The position numbers were made by a program, and so were the translations under genes. From assembly GCA_965207845.1 (NCBI GenBank), contig CBDBNU010000003.1, positions 52,941-116,940 of the forward strand: DNA of 64,000 bases, in the 5' to 3' direction. The DNA comes from Dehalococcoidia bacterium (GTDB lineage: Bacteria > Chloroflexota > Dehalococcoidia > Lucifugimonadales > GCA-2712585). Under the pieces are notes generated by a model. That model searched no databases and had not been told where the DNA came from. It saw only the letters and a program-made list of their open reading frames with translations. This document shows, one piece after another, positions 27,465-36,421 of this stretch. Numbering within the stretch: the stretch's first letter is position 1; the number at the start of each line of letters is the position of its first letter.

Positions 27465-28088
27465 ATGGTACAAACAAAGCCGCCCGCCCGGGCACCGTAC
27501 GAGACTATCAGCTATGACGATTTGGTGACCTATGTGGTTTACGTACTGACAGCTGGGAACGGTACCCGAACTACTTTTGAAGACATTGTTGCCAAGGCCT
27601 TCGAATTATTCCCCAAGAGATTCAGCCTACGAGGATATCCTCACTGGCCGGATTCCGCGGTGGTAAACAAGAGTTGGCTGAGATCTAGAACCGACAAGAA
27701 GTACATCGTTGGCAGCGTCAAGGACGGTTTCAGACTAACCCAGCGTGGATTACAGGTCGCAAGAAAGGTTGAGCGCAATCTGAAGCGCAAGCCAGCGAAA
27801 GGCAGTCAGAAATTACAGAGCGAACTGCGCACAATTTCCGGTAGGCTGCTAAGGTCAATTGAAAACTCTCCCCAGTTTAAGGGATTCAGGAAATCTGGTT
27901 CGCTTGAGCACATTAAAGAATCGGATCTCCTCGACGTTCTTCTCGCGCTTCCCGACGCCACACCTCGTAGACTATCCAGAAATCTGGCCCAGTTCAGAGA
28001 TGCGGCGAACCTGTACGAGCGTGAAGACATTGAGCGTTTCTTGGAAGCATTGGAGAGCGAATTCCCGCATAGGCTTCAGGTGCCTTAG
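27465..28088 (+). CDS. hypothetical 207-aa protein (possible N-terminal winged-helix)
   Basis: GAGGGGA ribosome-binding site. Lower GC. Basic central linker (KVERNLKRKPAKGSQK). No family recognised. Stops 13 nt before the GHKL gene. Confidence 0.55.
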   Translation: MVQTKPPARAPYETISYDDLVTYVVYVLTAGNGTRTTFEDIVAKAFELFPKRFSLRGYPHWPDSAVVNKSWLRSRTDKKYIVGSVKDGFRLTQRGLQVARKVERNLKRKPAKGSQKLQSELRTISGRLLRSIENSPQFKGFRKSGSLEHIKESDLLDVLLALPDATPRRLSRNLAQFRDAANLYEREDIERFLEALESEFPHRLQVP

Positions 28089-28101
28089 AGCGGTCGCTCA
28101 T

Positions 28102-30006
28102 ATGGCAACTCGCGTATCTAGACGCCTCGAATTCGCCGACCGCTTTGCCCGTCAGCAAGCTGATCAAGCAATAAAGAAGGATATTGTACGTGCGCTAGTA
28201 GAGCTAATTACAAATAGCGACGATAGCTACAAGAGGTTAGAGAGCCGCGGTATTTCCACCAATGGCCAAATAATCGTTGAGATTCTGAGGAAGCATCGAG
28301 GTTCAACCATTTCAGTTTCCGACCTCGCCGAAGGAATGGATGGAACTCAAATGGACGATGCCGTTGGCATATATGCCGGAGAGACGAGTGGGTTTTCAAA
28401 GGGAGCACAAGTGCGAGGTTACTTTGGAAGAGGTCTAAAGGACGCTATTCTAGGTTTAGGCGAAGGTGTCGTAACAGGAACTGTCAACAACAAAATTCAC
28501 CAAGCCTCGCTCACTATTAGGAATAGCTCTCCCTTCTACGAGGCTCAACAGCCCGTCCCACTCCTGGGTTTTGACAACTCCAATGGAACTAGTGTCGAAA
28601 TCACTGTTACACGAGAAGATATTCGCATTTCGTTCTTCGACAACATTCGGGGGCAACTTTCCCTACACTATGCCCTGCGGGATATTCTGTCCAGCGAGAA
28701 TCGCACGATAATTCTCAAGAACAGGAATGCACGAAGCCTACAGGAATCTTCTTTGGCCTACCTGTTTCCTACCGGCAAACTAATGGCGCGAACCGCCATC
28801 CCTGTAGGCAATGCTGGGAAGAAATGTGATGTAGAACTATTTCGATCAGATTTCCCGCTGGATACTCCTCGAGAAAGTGGATACATGGCCCAGGCTGGCC
28901 TATTGATCAAGAGCGGGACTGCGATTCTGGACAATACTTTACTTGGATTCGACAATGATCCAAACGCGCAGAGGTTCTATGGCTCGATTCTTTGTCCACA
29001 CCTCAACGAATTGCTGCTAAATGATGAACAGATTGTAACAGCTACCCGTGATGGATTAGACCGGTCCCACCCCTTTGTATCTGAGCTGTTCAGGGTATGC
29101 GAAGAATTTCTAAAGGAATTCGTTGAAAAAGAGACTCTTCGAGCAAGAGCTACCCAGCAACGGACCAGGAGCAGAGAACTTCAACAGAAACTTAATAGTG
29201 CCATTAGCAAATTGAATGATATCGCCAGAGATGAATTGGCGGAGCTTGACCAAACTGACAATTCTGTCGAAGAACCTCTGGTTCCACCAAGTGGATTCGG
29301 ATTTGTGCCTGAATATGCTTCATTATATTCGACGCGAAAGAAGAATCTCTTATTGCGTGCCACGGCTAACCTAATCCCAGAGGGCACTCTCGTCACCATC
29401 AACTCCGATTCCCCTAACGTGAGAGTTCTTACACCCAGAGTAGTCCTACAACCAAGAGAAGATCACCAATGGTTGAACGAGACGAAAGTAACCTTAGAAG
29501 GCATTCAGGTGGGTGCGGAGGCAATTATTACAGCTGCCTGCGAAGGTCTTACAGCTGAGTCGTTGGTGAGAGTAATTGCACGCAGAGAACCCTCAGACAA
29601 TAACGATGACACGCCACGCAAGAGGAGAGGCCTGTTTAACGACATTCAGTTCAGTCCCGAATCCAATCCCAGACAAAGGGTCAGATACGATCGCCAATCA
29701 AAAGACGTAGTTATCGCAATTAACCACGCAACTGTGAGTCCATATATCTACGACTCGACAGGAACCGGCAGCGATTCCCCACAAGGCCAGGTAATCCTCG
29801 CAGAATTAATCTCAGAGGCGGTTTGCGATACAATTGCTAGAAATGGTGTTGAATCAGGGAAATTCCCCGTTCTAGTGGGCGAGAAAGCTGAGGCGATTCA
29901 AGTACAACAGCTACGCTTACAGAATGAATACTCTGGACTCATACATGAAGCACTGGTATCACCTGAATTCCGTACGCCAAATTCACCTATCGCAGCAGGA
30001 GGTTAG
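28102..30006 (+). CDS. 634-aa GHKL/Bergerat-fold ATPase (HATPase_c_3-like)
   Basis: N-box ELITNSDDSY (E-x3-N-x2-D), G1 box VSDLAEGMDG (D-x-G-x-G) and G2/ATP-lid RGYFGRGLKDA. About 430 aa of unrecognised C-terminal sequence. About 47% GC on a sampled line. Confidence 0.7.
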   Translation: MATRVSRRLEFADRFARQQADQAIKKDIVRALVELITNSDDSYKRLESRGISTNGQIIVEILRKHRGSTISVSDLAEGMDGTQMDDAVGIYAGETSGFSKGAQVRGYFGRGLKDAILGLGEGVVTGTVNNKIHQASLTIRNSSPFYEAQQPVPLLGFDNSNGTSVEITVTREDIRISFFDNIRGQLSLHYALRDILSSENRTIILKNRNARSLQESSLAYLFPTGKLMARTAIPVGNAGKKCDVELFRSDFPLDTPRESGYMAQAGLLIKSGTAILDNTLLGFDNDPNAQRFYGSILCPHLNELLLNDEQIVTATRDGLDRSHPFVSELFRVCEEFLKEFVEKETLRARATQQRTRSRELQQKLNSAISKLNDIARDELAELDQTDNSVEEPLVPPSGFGFVPEYASLYSTRKKNLLLRATANLIPEGTLVTINSDSPNVRVLTPRVVLQPREDHQWLNETKVTLEGIQVGAEAIITAACEGLTAESLVRVIARREPSDNNDDTPRKRRGLFNDIQFSPESNPRQRVRYDRQSKDVVIAINHATVSPYIYDSTGTGSDSPQGQVILAELISEAVCDTIARNGVESGKFPVLVGEKAEAIQVQQLRLQNEYSGLIHEALVSPEFRTPNSPIAAGG

Positions 30007-30009
30007 GGG

Positions 30010-31404
30010 TTGACGGTTCCTTCTAAGCAGTACCAGGTGGCCGTTGTTGGCGCGGGGCCGGGCGGGTACGTGGCCGCCATTCGGGCCGCCCAGCTGGGCC
30101 TTTCGACTGTCGTCATCGAGCGGGAGGCGCTGGGCGGCGTCTGCCTCAACTGGGGGTGCATCCCCTCCAAGGCTATTCTGCGCAACGCCGAGGTGGTCAG
30201 CCTGTTTCACCGGGCCCAGGAATTCGGCGTCTCGTTCGACAACTTCACCGCCGACTACTCCAAGGCGATCTCCCGCAGCCGCCGCGTCGTCAACCGGATG
30301 GTGCGGGGCATCGCCCACCTGCTGCGGAAGAACGGCATCGAGCACGTGACGGGAGAGGCCCGGTTCGTCGACGCCCACACCCTCCGTGTTTCGCCCGACG
30401 ACAGCGTCATCTCCGCAGAGAACGTCATCATCGCGACGGGGGCTCGGCCGCGGACTATCCCGAGTCTGCCCATCGACGAAAAAGTTGTCATCTCCAGCCG
30501 TCAGGCGTTGGAGCAGACGGACCTGCCCACCAAGGCCGTGGTCCTCGGCGGCGGGGCTATCGGCGTCGAATTCGCGTCGGTGTACAACTCTTACGGCGTC
30601 AACGTGACCATCGTGGAGATGATGCCGCGGCTGCTGCCCAACGAAGACGCGGAGATAAGCAGGCTGCTGGAGCGGTCCCTGAGGCGGAAGGGCATCGGCA
30701 TCATGACCGGCGCCAAGGCCTTCGCCTTCGAGCGGGACGGCGACGGCGCAGTGCTGAAGGTGGAGACGGAGTCCGGCGAGGTGGACGTTCACTGCGGTCG
30801 CGTACTTGTCGCCATCGGCGTTCAGGGCAACGTGGAAAACCTGGGCCTGGACTCCATCGGCGTGACGCCCGAGAGGGGTTTCATTCCCGTGGACGACGAC
30901 CTGGCCACGTCGGCCCCCGGCGTCTACGCCATCGGCGACGTAAACGGAAAGCTGCTGCTGGCCCACGCCGCTTCCGCCCAGGGGGTCTACGTGGTGGAGC
31001 GGCTGGCCGGCCGGAACCCACCTGCCCTGAATTACGTGGACATGCCCAAGGCGACGTACTGCACCCCGCAGGTGGCGAGCATGGGGCTGACGGAGGAGCA
31101 GGCGCGGGCGGAAGGGCACGACGTCAAGATCGGGAAGTTCCCCTTCATGGCCAGCGGGAAGGCCGCCGCGATGGGGGAGTCGGAGGGGATGGTGAAGCTG
31201 GTGGCCGACGCCGCCTACGGCGAGATTCTGGGCGCCCACATGATTGGCGCCGACGCTACGGAGCTGCTGGCGGAGGTTTCCATGACGCGGATGCTGGAGG
31301 GCGGCATAACGGAGCTGGGCTGGATGGTCCACGCCCACCCGACGCTTTCGGAAGCGCTCAAGGAGGCTTCCCTGGACGCCGCGGGAGCATCGCTGCACAC
31401 CTGA
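30010..31404 (+). CDS. lpdA: dihydrolipoyl dehydrogenase (E3)
   Basis: VVGAGPGGYVAAIRAAQLG FAD motif, redox disulfide GGVCLNWGCIPSK, C-terminal HAHPTLSE. TTG start only 3 nt after the stop of the GHKL gene. Confidence 0.93.
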   Translation: MTVPSKQYQVAVVGAGPGGYVAAIRAAQLGLSTVVIEREALGGVCLNWGCIPSKAILRNAEVVSLFHRAQEFGVSFDNFTADYSKAISRSRRVVNRMVRGIAHLLRKNGIEHVTGEARFVDAHTLRVSPDDSVISAENVIIATGARPRTIPSLPIDEKVVISSRQALEQTDLPTKAVVLGGGAIGVEFASVYNSYGVNVTIVEMMPRLLPNEDAEISRLLERSLRRKGIGIMTGAKAFAFERDGDGAVLKVETESGEVDVHCGRVLVAIGVQGNVENLGLDSIGVTPERGFIPVDDDLATSAPGVYAIGDVNGKLLLAHAASAQGVYVVERLAGRNPPALNYVDMPKATYCTPQVASMGLTEEQARAEGHDVKIGKFPFMASGKAAAMGESEGMVKLVADAAYGEILGAHMIGADATELLAEVSMTRMLEGGITELGWMVHAHPTLSEALKEASLDAAGASLHT

Positions 31405-31441
31405 TGCGCGCCGAACGCCTTACCCGACCCTGGAGGAAGAT

Positions 31442-32422
31442 TTGCCCGTATCCATAAACCTTCAAATGCCCCAGCTGGACGAGGAGATGGAAGAGGGTAT
31501 GGTCGTCCGATGGCTGAAGGCCGCCGGCGATCCCATCACCCGGGGCGAGGTGGTTGTCGAGATCGAGACGGAAAAGGCCATCGTCGACCTGGAGTCGCCG
31601 GTCAACGGCACCCTGCAAAGCATCCACATTCCGGCTGGAAGGGCGGCCTCCGTGGGAGCGACGCTGGGCGTCATCGAAGCGACCGGGGCGGATGCGGACG
31701 ATCCCTCCGACGGAGCGGCTCCATCGACCCCAGAAGACGACGAGCATTCCGTTGCCCTCAGCCCCATGCGGCGGCTCATCGCGGCCCGCACGTCGCGCAG
31801 CATGCGGGAAGCGCCCCACTTCTACGTGACCACGGAGATCGACATGACCCGCGCCACGGAATTCCGGCGCGAACTCAACAAGAAGCTGCCCCAGGGGGTA
31901 CGCGTCAGCGTCAACGACCTGATAATCAAGGCCTGCGCGCTGACCATCGAGAAGCACCCCGCATTCAATTCCCACTTCCAGGACAACCAGCTCGTCAGCA
32001 GCCCCCACGTGAACATCGGCATCGCCGTTGCGCTGGACGAAGGGCTCATCATTCCGGTCATACCCGACTGCCAGAATCGGGACCTGGTGAACATCAGCAA
32101 CGCTAGCCGGGACCTGATTCAGCGTGCCCACGGGGGCGTGCTCACCCCCCAGGAATACGGCGGCGGGACCTTTGCCATCAGCAACATGGGGATGTATGAC
32201 GTGGACATGTTCACGGCGATTATCTATCCGCCCAACGCGGCGGTGCTGGCCATCGGATCGGTGAAGGAGAAGCCGGTGGTGAAGAACCACGAAATTACTA
32301 TTGCGCGGATGATGAAGGCGACGCTATCCGTCGACCATCGGGTGGTGGACGGGGCGGGCGGGGCACGGTTCCTGCACGACATGAAGCGCCTGCTGGAACA
32401 CCCCAACAGCTTGAGGGATTAG
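31442..32422 (+). CDS. 2-oxoacid dehydrogenase E2 acyltransferase, short form (lipoyl plus catalytic domain)
   Basis: Lipoyl domain with VVEIETEKAIVDLES. Catalytic SVDHRVVDGAGGARFL. 326 aa with only a short acidic linker, so no obvious peripheral-subunit-binding domain. TTG start with a GGAGG ribosome-binding site. Confidence 0.85.
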   Translation: MPVSINLQMPQLDEEMEEGMVVRWLKAAGDPITRGEVVVEIETEKAIVDLESPVNGTLQSIHIPAGRAASVGATLGVIEATGADADDPSDGAAPSTPEDDEHSVALSPMRRLIAARTSRSMREAPHFYVTTEIDMTRATEFRRELNKKLPQGVRVSVNDLIIKACALTIEKHPAFNSHFQDNQLVSSPHVNIGIAVALDEGLIIPVIPDCQNRDLVNISNASRDLIQRAHGGVLTPQEYGGGTFAISNMGMYDVDMFTAIIYPPNAAVLAIGSVKEKPVVKNHEITIARMMKATLSVDHRVVDGAGGARFLHDMKRLLEHPNSLRD

Positions 32423-32589
32423 TCTCTCCGGACTGCCATTTTCGCCATTGCCGCATATGCCATTCCCCTGCTACCATCTGCCCATGAACAGGACTGTCGC
32501 GACCATTTCCCATTGCCTGAAGCTGACACATCTGCCTTGGCCGATACAATTTCTCATTCCAGCGGGCAATTTTCCGCCAAAATTCGCAA

Positions 32590-32722
32590 AAACGAGTACC
32601 GGGCCTAAATTCATCCAATTTCACGCCTGTAACTCACAAAAAGCTCCGTCACTCGTTTGCAAAAGCGAGTCCCGCCCACGCCTGTCATATCTGAAACGAG
32701 TCACTCGTTTCCCTACTCGTTC
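32590..32722. promoter_or_regulatory. cluster of ACGAGT/ACTCGT half-sites including the palindrome AAACGAGT-C-ACTCGTTT
   Basis: Half-sites at 32592, 32651, 32665 (GCGAGT), 32696, 32703 and 32715. The inverted repeat at 32694-32710 lies about 90 nt upstream of the ThyX-like start. Confidence 0.4.
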
Positions 32723-32795
32723 TAGATATCCGCTATCAACAAAACAGGCGACACTCCTCCCCATTGCGGCCCCTTAGCATGACGACAGATTCCCC

Positions 32796-34214
32796 ATGAA
32801 CCCCACCGATCATCCTCGCCGCGTCTATCCCCTGAGTCCCCGCGACCTGACTGAAGAGCAGTTGGCGGTGGTGTTCGCCATGACGTCGCGGCGGCCGGAG
32901 CCCTTCGACGAAATCGCCCAGCAGGTGACCGAAGAGCGGGCCGCGGGGTTTCACGAGCGGTGGGTGCTGGGCTACGGCCACGCCTCCGTGGCGGAACACG
33001 CAGTGCTGCACCTGGCCGTGGAGAACGTCTCCCGGCTGGCCTGCGACACGCTGGAGGACAACCGGCTGGGCTCCTACACGGAGAAGTCTTCCCGGTTTCA
33101 AATTATGCCTTCGGACTACTTCCACGTCCCGCAGGAGCTTGACGAAGATGCGGAGTTGCGGTCGGTGTACGTTGAGACGTGCCGGAGTCTGTTCACGGCA
33201 TACGAGGAACTGCTGGATGGTTTGCGTGCGTATTTGCGGGAGGCGCAGCCGCGTCGGGAGAAGGAACGGGTCGGGGCGTTCAACCTGCGCGTCCGTCGAG
33301 CGGCCATCGACAGCTGCCGGTTCATCCTGCCGGCGTCGACGCTGACCAACGTGGGGGTGACGATGAACGCCCGCAGCATGGAGCACGCCGTCACCAAGCT
33401 GCTGTCGGCGTCGACGCTGGAGGAGCGAGAGCTGGGCGAGGAGTTGAAGGAGAAGGGACGTCAGATAACGCCGACGCTGGTGAAGTACGCAGACTACAAC
33501 CCGTACATCGCGGGCACGAGGGAGTGGCAGGAGGGGCTGGCGCCTGCTGCGGACGGAGAGTCTTCTTCAGAGGGGGAAATAAGTGCGCGGCTGGTTTCCT
33601 TCGACGCGGAGGCCGACGTGACGCTGGCGGCGGCGCTTGCTTACCGTTTCGCCGACGGGCCGCACGAGTCGGTGATGGAGCACGTGCGAGGACTGTCGGC
33701 GGCGCAGCGGCATGAGATCGTCGCCCGCAGTCTGGAAAATCTGGGGCCTCACGACCCGTTGCCGCGGGAGTTTGAGCTGGTGGACTACGTTATCGAGCTG
33801 GTGATGGACTATGGGGCGTACCGGGAATACAAGCGGCACCGGATGCAGAGTTATTTCCCCCAACCTCTGACAGTGGCGCACGGCGCGGTTACGCCGTCGC
33901 TCATCAACGAAGCGGGACTGTCGGAGCGGTTCAACGAGGCGGTGGAAGTGTCGGAGACCGCGTTCCGACGGCTGCATGATTCGATGCCCGCCGTGGCGTC
34001 CTACGTAGTGACCCATGCCCACAGACGACGGGCGTTGGTGAAGCTGAACGCGCGTGAGTGCTTCCACCTGTTCAAGCTGCGGACCCAGCGTCAGGCCCAC
34101 TTCACCATTCAGCAGGTATCGGAGGCGGCGCTGAAGCTGGCGGTGGAGGCGCATCCGTGGCTGTTCCGGCACCTTTCGCTGCGGGACTTTCCGTCCTGGT
34201 GGCCGTTTGACTGA
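32796..34214 (+). CDS. ThyX-like FAD-dependent thymidylate synthase, double-domain (472 aa) form
   Basis: The N-terminal half has GHASVAEHAVL and R-LG-S-YTEK-S-S-R-F, which is the ThyX R-x2-S-x4-S-x-R-Y motif with RHR changed to DNR. The C-terminal half has YKRHRMQS. Confidence 0.6.
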   Translation: MNPTDHPRRVYPLSPRDLTEEQLAVVFAMTSRRPEPFDEIAQQVTEERAAGFHERWVLGYGHASVAEHAVLHLAVENVSRLACDTLEDNRLGSYTEKSSRFQIMPSDYFHVPQELDEDAELRSVYVETCRSLFTAYEELLDGLRAYLREAQPRREKERVGAFNLRVRRAAIDSCRFILPASTLTNVGVTMNARSMEHAVTKLLSASTLEERELGEELKEKGRQITPTLVKYADYNPYIAGTREWQEGLAPAADGESSSEGEISARLVSFDAEADVTLAAALAYRFADGPHESVMEHVRGLSAAQRHEIVARSLENLGPHDPLPREFELVDYVIELVMDYGAYREYKRHRMQSYFPQPLTVAHGAVTPSLINEAGLSERFNEAVEVSETAFRRLHDSMPAVASYVVTHAHRRRALVKLNARECFHLFKLRTQRQAHFTIQQVSEAALKLAVEAHPWLFRHLSLRDFPSWWPFD

Positions 34215-34268
34215 CTTCAACCACCGGCGTTCGGACTCTTCCTAGCCAGCCCCGGGGCAACATAAGTG

Positions 34269-34297
34269 TTGACATCAACAAAAGTGTTGCGTATTCT
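34269..34297 (+). promoter_or_regulatory. putative promoter with operator-like repeats upstream of hicB-like gene
   Basis: TTGACA (34269-34274), 17 nt, TATTCT (34292-34297). Direct repeat AAGTGTTG x2 and inverted repeat GTTGA-CA-TCAAC overlap the -35. Confidence 0.5.
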
Positions 34298-34366
34298 TTC
34301 AAGGAATGAATGCAGGAGAGCTTCGTCGCTGGCTGCGAAGATCAAAAAAGACCTAGGGTTGAGTTG

Positions 34367-34828
34367 ATGCTGGCATATCCCATTCTGCTGGAAGATGACG
34401 ACAGGACAGTCATGGCGACGTCGCCGGACTTCCCGGAATTGACCACCTTCGGTGACGACCGGGAGGAGGCGATTGCCCGCGCCGTTCACGCCCTGGAGGA
34501 GGCCATAGCCGCCCGCATCCACGACCGGAGAGATATTCCTGCTGCGTCGCAGGGCGAGACCTGCGCCTTCCTGCCGACGCTTACCTCAGTGAAGGTGATG
34601 CTCTACCGGGGTATGCGGGAGCAGGGGGTGGGCAAGGCGGAGTTGGCACGTCGATTGGGGTGGCACCTGCCACAGGTGGACCGGGTGTTGGACGTTCAAC
34701 ACAATTCAAGGCTCGACATGATGGACGCAGCTCTGCGGGCCATCGGGCAGCGGCTGCAGGTGAACGCCGTCGCCGAACCCGGCCCGACTTACACCACCTC
34801 CAGGGACAGGTCAGACCGCACCCTGTAG
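34367..34828 (+). CDS. HicB-family antitoxin-like protein with C-terminal HTH
   Basis: MLAYPILLEDDDRTVMATSPDFPELTTFGDDREEAIARAVHALEEAI is the HicB N-domain pattern. The C-terminal GVGKAELARRLGWHLPQVDRVLD is HTH-like. I found no hicA on either side. Confidence 0.65.
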   Translation: MLAYPILLEDDDRTVMATSPDFPELTTFGDDREEAIARAVHALEEAIAARIHDRRDIPAASQGETCAFLPTLTSVKVMLYRGMREQGVGKAELARRLGWHLPQVDRVLDVQHNSRLDMMDAALRAIGQRLQVNAVAEPGPTYTTSRDRSDRTL

Positions 34829-34829
34829 C

Positions 34830-34952
34830 CTACGGGTCCGAACAATCCCTCGTGTAGCCGCAGTTGCGGCATCGCAGCTTGCACTGAACGTCGTCCATTG
34901 GCGCGCCACAGAGGTCGCAGCGCGGCGGTTCTCGTCGCTTCATGGCAAACAT
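34830..34952 (-). CDS. small zinc-ribbon protein (about 40 aa)
   Basis: CDLCGAPMDDVQCKLRCRNCG has two CxxC pairs. The start at MFAMKRRE avoids overlap with the amidohydrolase 3' end. Confidence 0.35.
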   Translation of the reverse strand: MFAMKRREPPRCDLCGAPMDDVQCKLRCRNCGYTRDCSDP

Positions 34953-34992
34953 CCCCCGGGTCTCACTGCGTTCCCACCAGGCCGTCGGCGTC

Positions 34993-36336
34993 TTAAACGT
35001 CGCCGTCGGGGGCGGTGTAGAGCTCCTCTTTGGCAAGGCTGCGCATCAGCTTCAGGTATTCGTCCTTAGTCATCGCGGGCTTGTGGTTGGCCAGGACTTT
35101 TCCCGCCCCCTCTGCGCCTTCGGCCAGCAGGTCTACGACGGTGTCGGCGAGGGCCTTGGCCGCAGTGACAACGGCCAGGCCGTAGTCCTGCACCACGTAG
35201 TTGTTGCCATGGCCGAGACCCGTCGCGCCGCCCACGTATGGGTGGATGGCGGGCATGAGCTGGCTCACGTCGCCCATGTCCGTGGAGCCGGTGCCGTGGC
35301 TCCTGACGCCCATGCCGGATTCGCCCACCAGGGAGACGGCGTTGGCGCGGTACATCTCGTTCATCATGTCGTCCTGGTCGAGGGGGAGGTAGCCGGGGAT
35401 GGTGGTAATCTCAACCTGCCCGCCGACTGCCAGAGCGCCCGCCCTCAGGGCGCGATCCACTTTGCGGTTGGCGTCAACAATGGCCTCGACCGAAGCGCCG
35501 CGGACGAAGGTCTCCATGCGAACGTCGGCGGGCACGGCGCTGACCGCCTCGCCGCCCTTGGTGATGATGGGATGAACGCGAACGGTATCGGTGTCCAGGA
35601 AGGTCTCGCGGTTGGCGTGGATTGCCATCAGCGCGAGGGATGCGGCGTTCAGCGCGTTCACGCCCAGGTGGGGCGCACCGCCGGCGTGGGACGCTCTGCC
35701 AAGGAACCGGATCTTCTTGGCGAGGGTGCCGTTGTTGGTGCCGCTGATGCACAGCTGCTTCTCCGAGGCGATGCTGGTGGTGTGGCACATCAGCGCCATG
35801 TCCACGTCGTCCAACTCGCCCAGCCGGATGAGTTCCGGCTTGCCGCCAAGGAACTCCAGCTTGCCGTCGCGACGCAGCTCGTCCCTGTACTCGATTTCGA
35901 TGTACTCTTCGGCGGGCACGGCAAAGAGGGCCACCCTTCCGCCCAGCTGGTCCAACACCCCGGAGGAGACAAGCCCGCCGGCCACGCCCAGCATCATGCC
36001 TATCTGGGCGTGGTGGCCGCAGGCGTGGGCCGCCGCCGTTTCCGAGTCCGCGTGGGGGTGCTCCGAGACGATCAGGGAATCCAGCTCGCCGATGACGCCC
36101 ACCGTCGGTCCCGACGCGCCGCCTTCGACCATGCCCTTCACGCCGGTGAGGGCGAGGCCCGTTCGGTGGTTGATGCCCCATTGGCTGAGGACGTCCGCGA
36201 CGAGCTTGGCGGTCTTCACCTCCCTGAATCCCGCTTCCGGGTTTTCCAGGATGGTCCTGGACGCCCGGACAATCTCGTCCGCCTTTTCGTCGATGGCCTG
36301 TCGTACCAGGGCCTTGAGTTCCTGCTTGGAAGTCAT
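34993..36336 (-). CDS. M20-family amidohydrolase (AbgB/hippurate-hydrolase-like)
   Basis: Start MTSKQELKALVRQAIDEKADEIV. Motifs VGVIGELDSL, HACGHH and the dimerisation-domain pattern. The 138-aa upstream extension in the ORF track is rejected. Confidence 0.75.
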   Translation of the reverse strand: MTSKQELKALVRQAIDEKADEIVRASRTILENPEAGFREVKTAKLVADVLSQWGINHRTGLALTGVKGMVEGGASGPTVGVIGELDSLIVSEHPHADSETAAAHACGHHAQIGMMLGVAGGLVSSGVLDQLGGRVALFAVPAEEYIEIEYRDELRRDGKLEFLGGKPELIRLGELDDVDMALMCHTTSIASEKQLCISGTNNGTLAKKIRFLGRASHAGGAPHLGVNALNAASLALMAIHANRETFLDTDTVRVHPIITKGGEAVSAVPADVRMETFVRGASVEAIVDANRKVDRALRAGALAVGGQVEITTIPGYLPLDQDDMMNEMYRANAVSLVGESGMGVRSHGTGSTDMGDVSQLMPAIHPYVGGATGLGHGNNYVVQDYGLAVVTAAKALADTVVDLLAEGAEGAGKVLANHKPAMTKDEYLKLMRSLAKEELYTAPDGDV

Positions 36337-36421
36337 GCCGCTCCTCCCTTTGCGCCACGTTAATGATGGGATTCTAGCAAAGGGAGGGGATTGAATAAAC
36401 CACGTTGTATAATTTGGCGTC

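Noticed and set aside
29983-32290. ORFs 29983-31398(-), 30156-31457(+) and 31358-32290(-)
   Set aside because: Shadows of lpdA and the E2 gene, both of which carry diagnostic motifs.
32448-32777. 109-aa plus-strand ORF in the E2/ThyX-like intergenic region
   Set aside because: No ribosome-binding site and an implausible composition (Pro/His/Cys-rich). The region is better explained as regulatory DNA with repeated half-sites.
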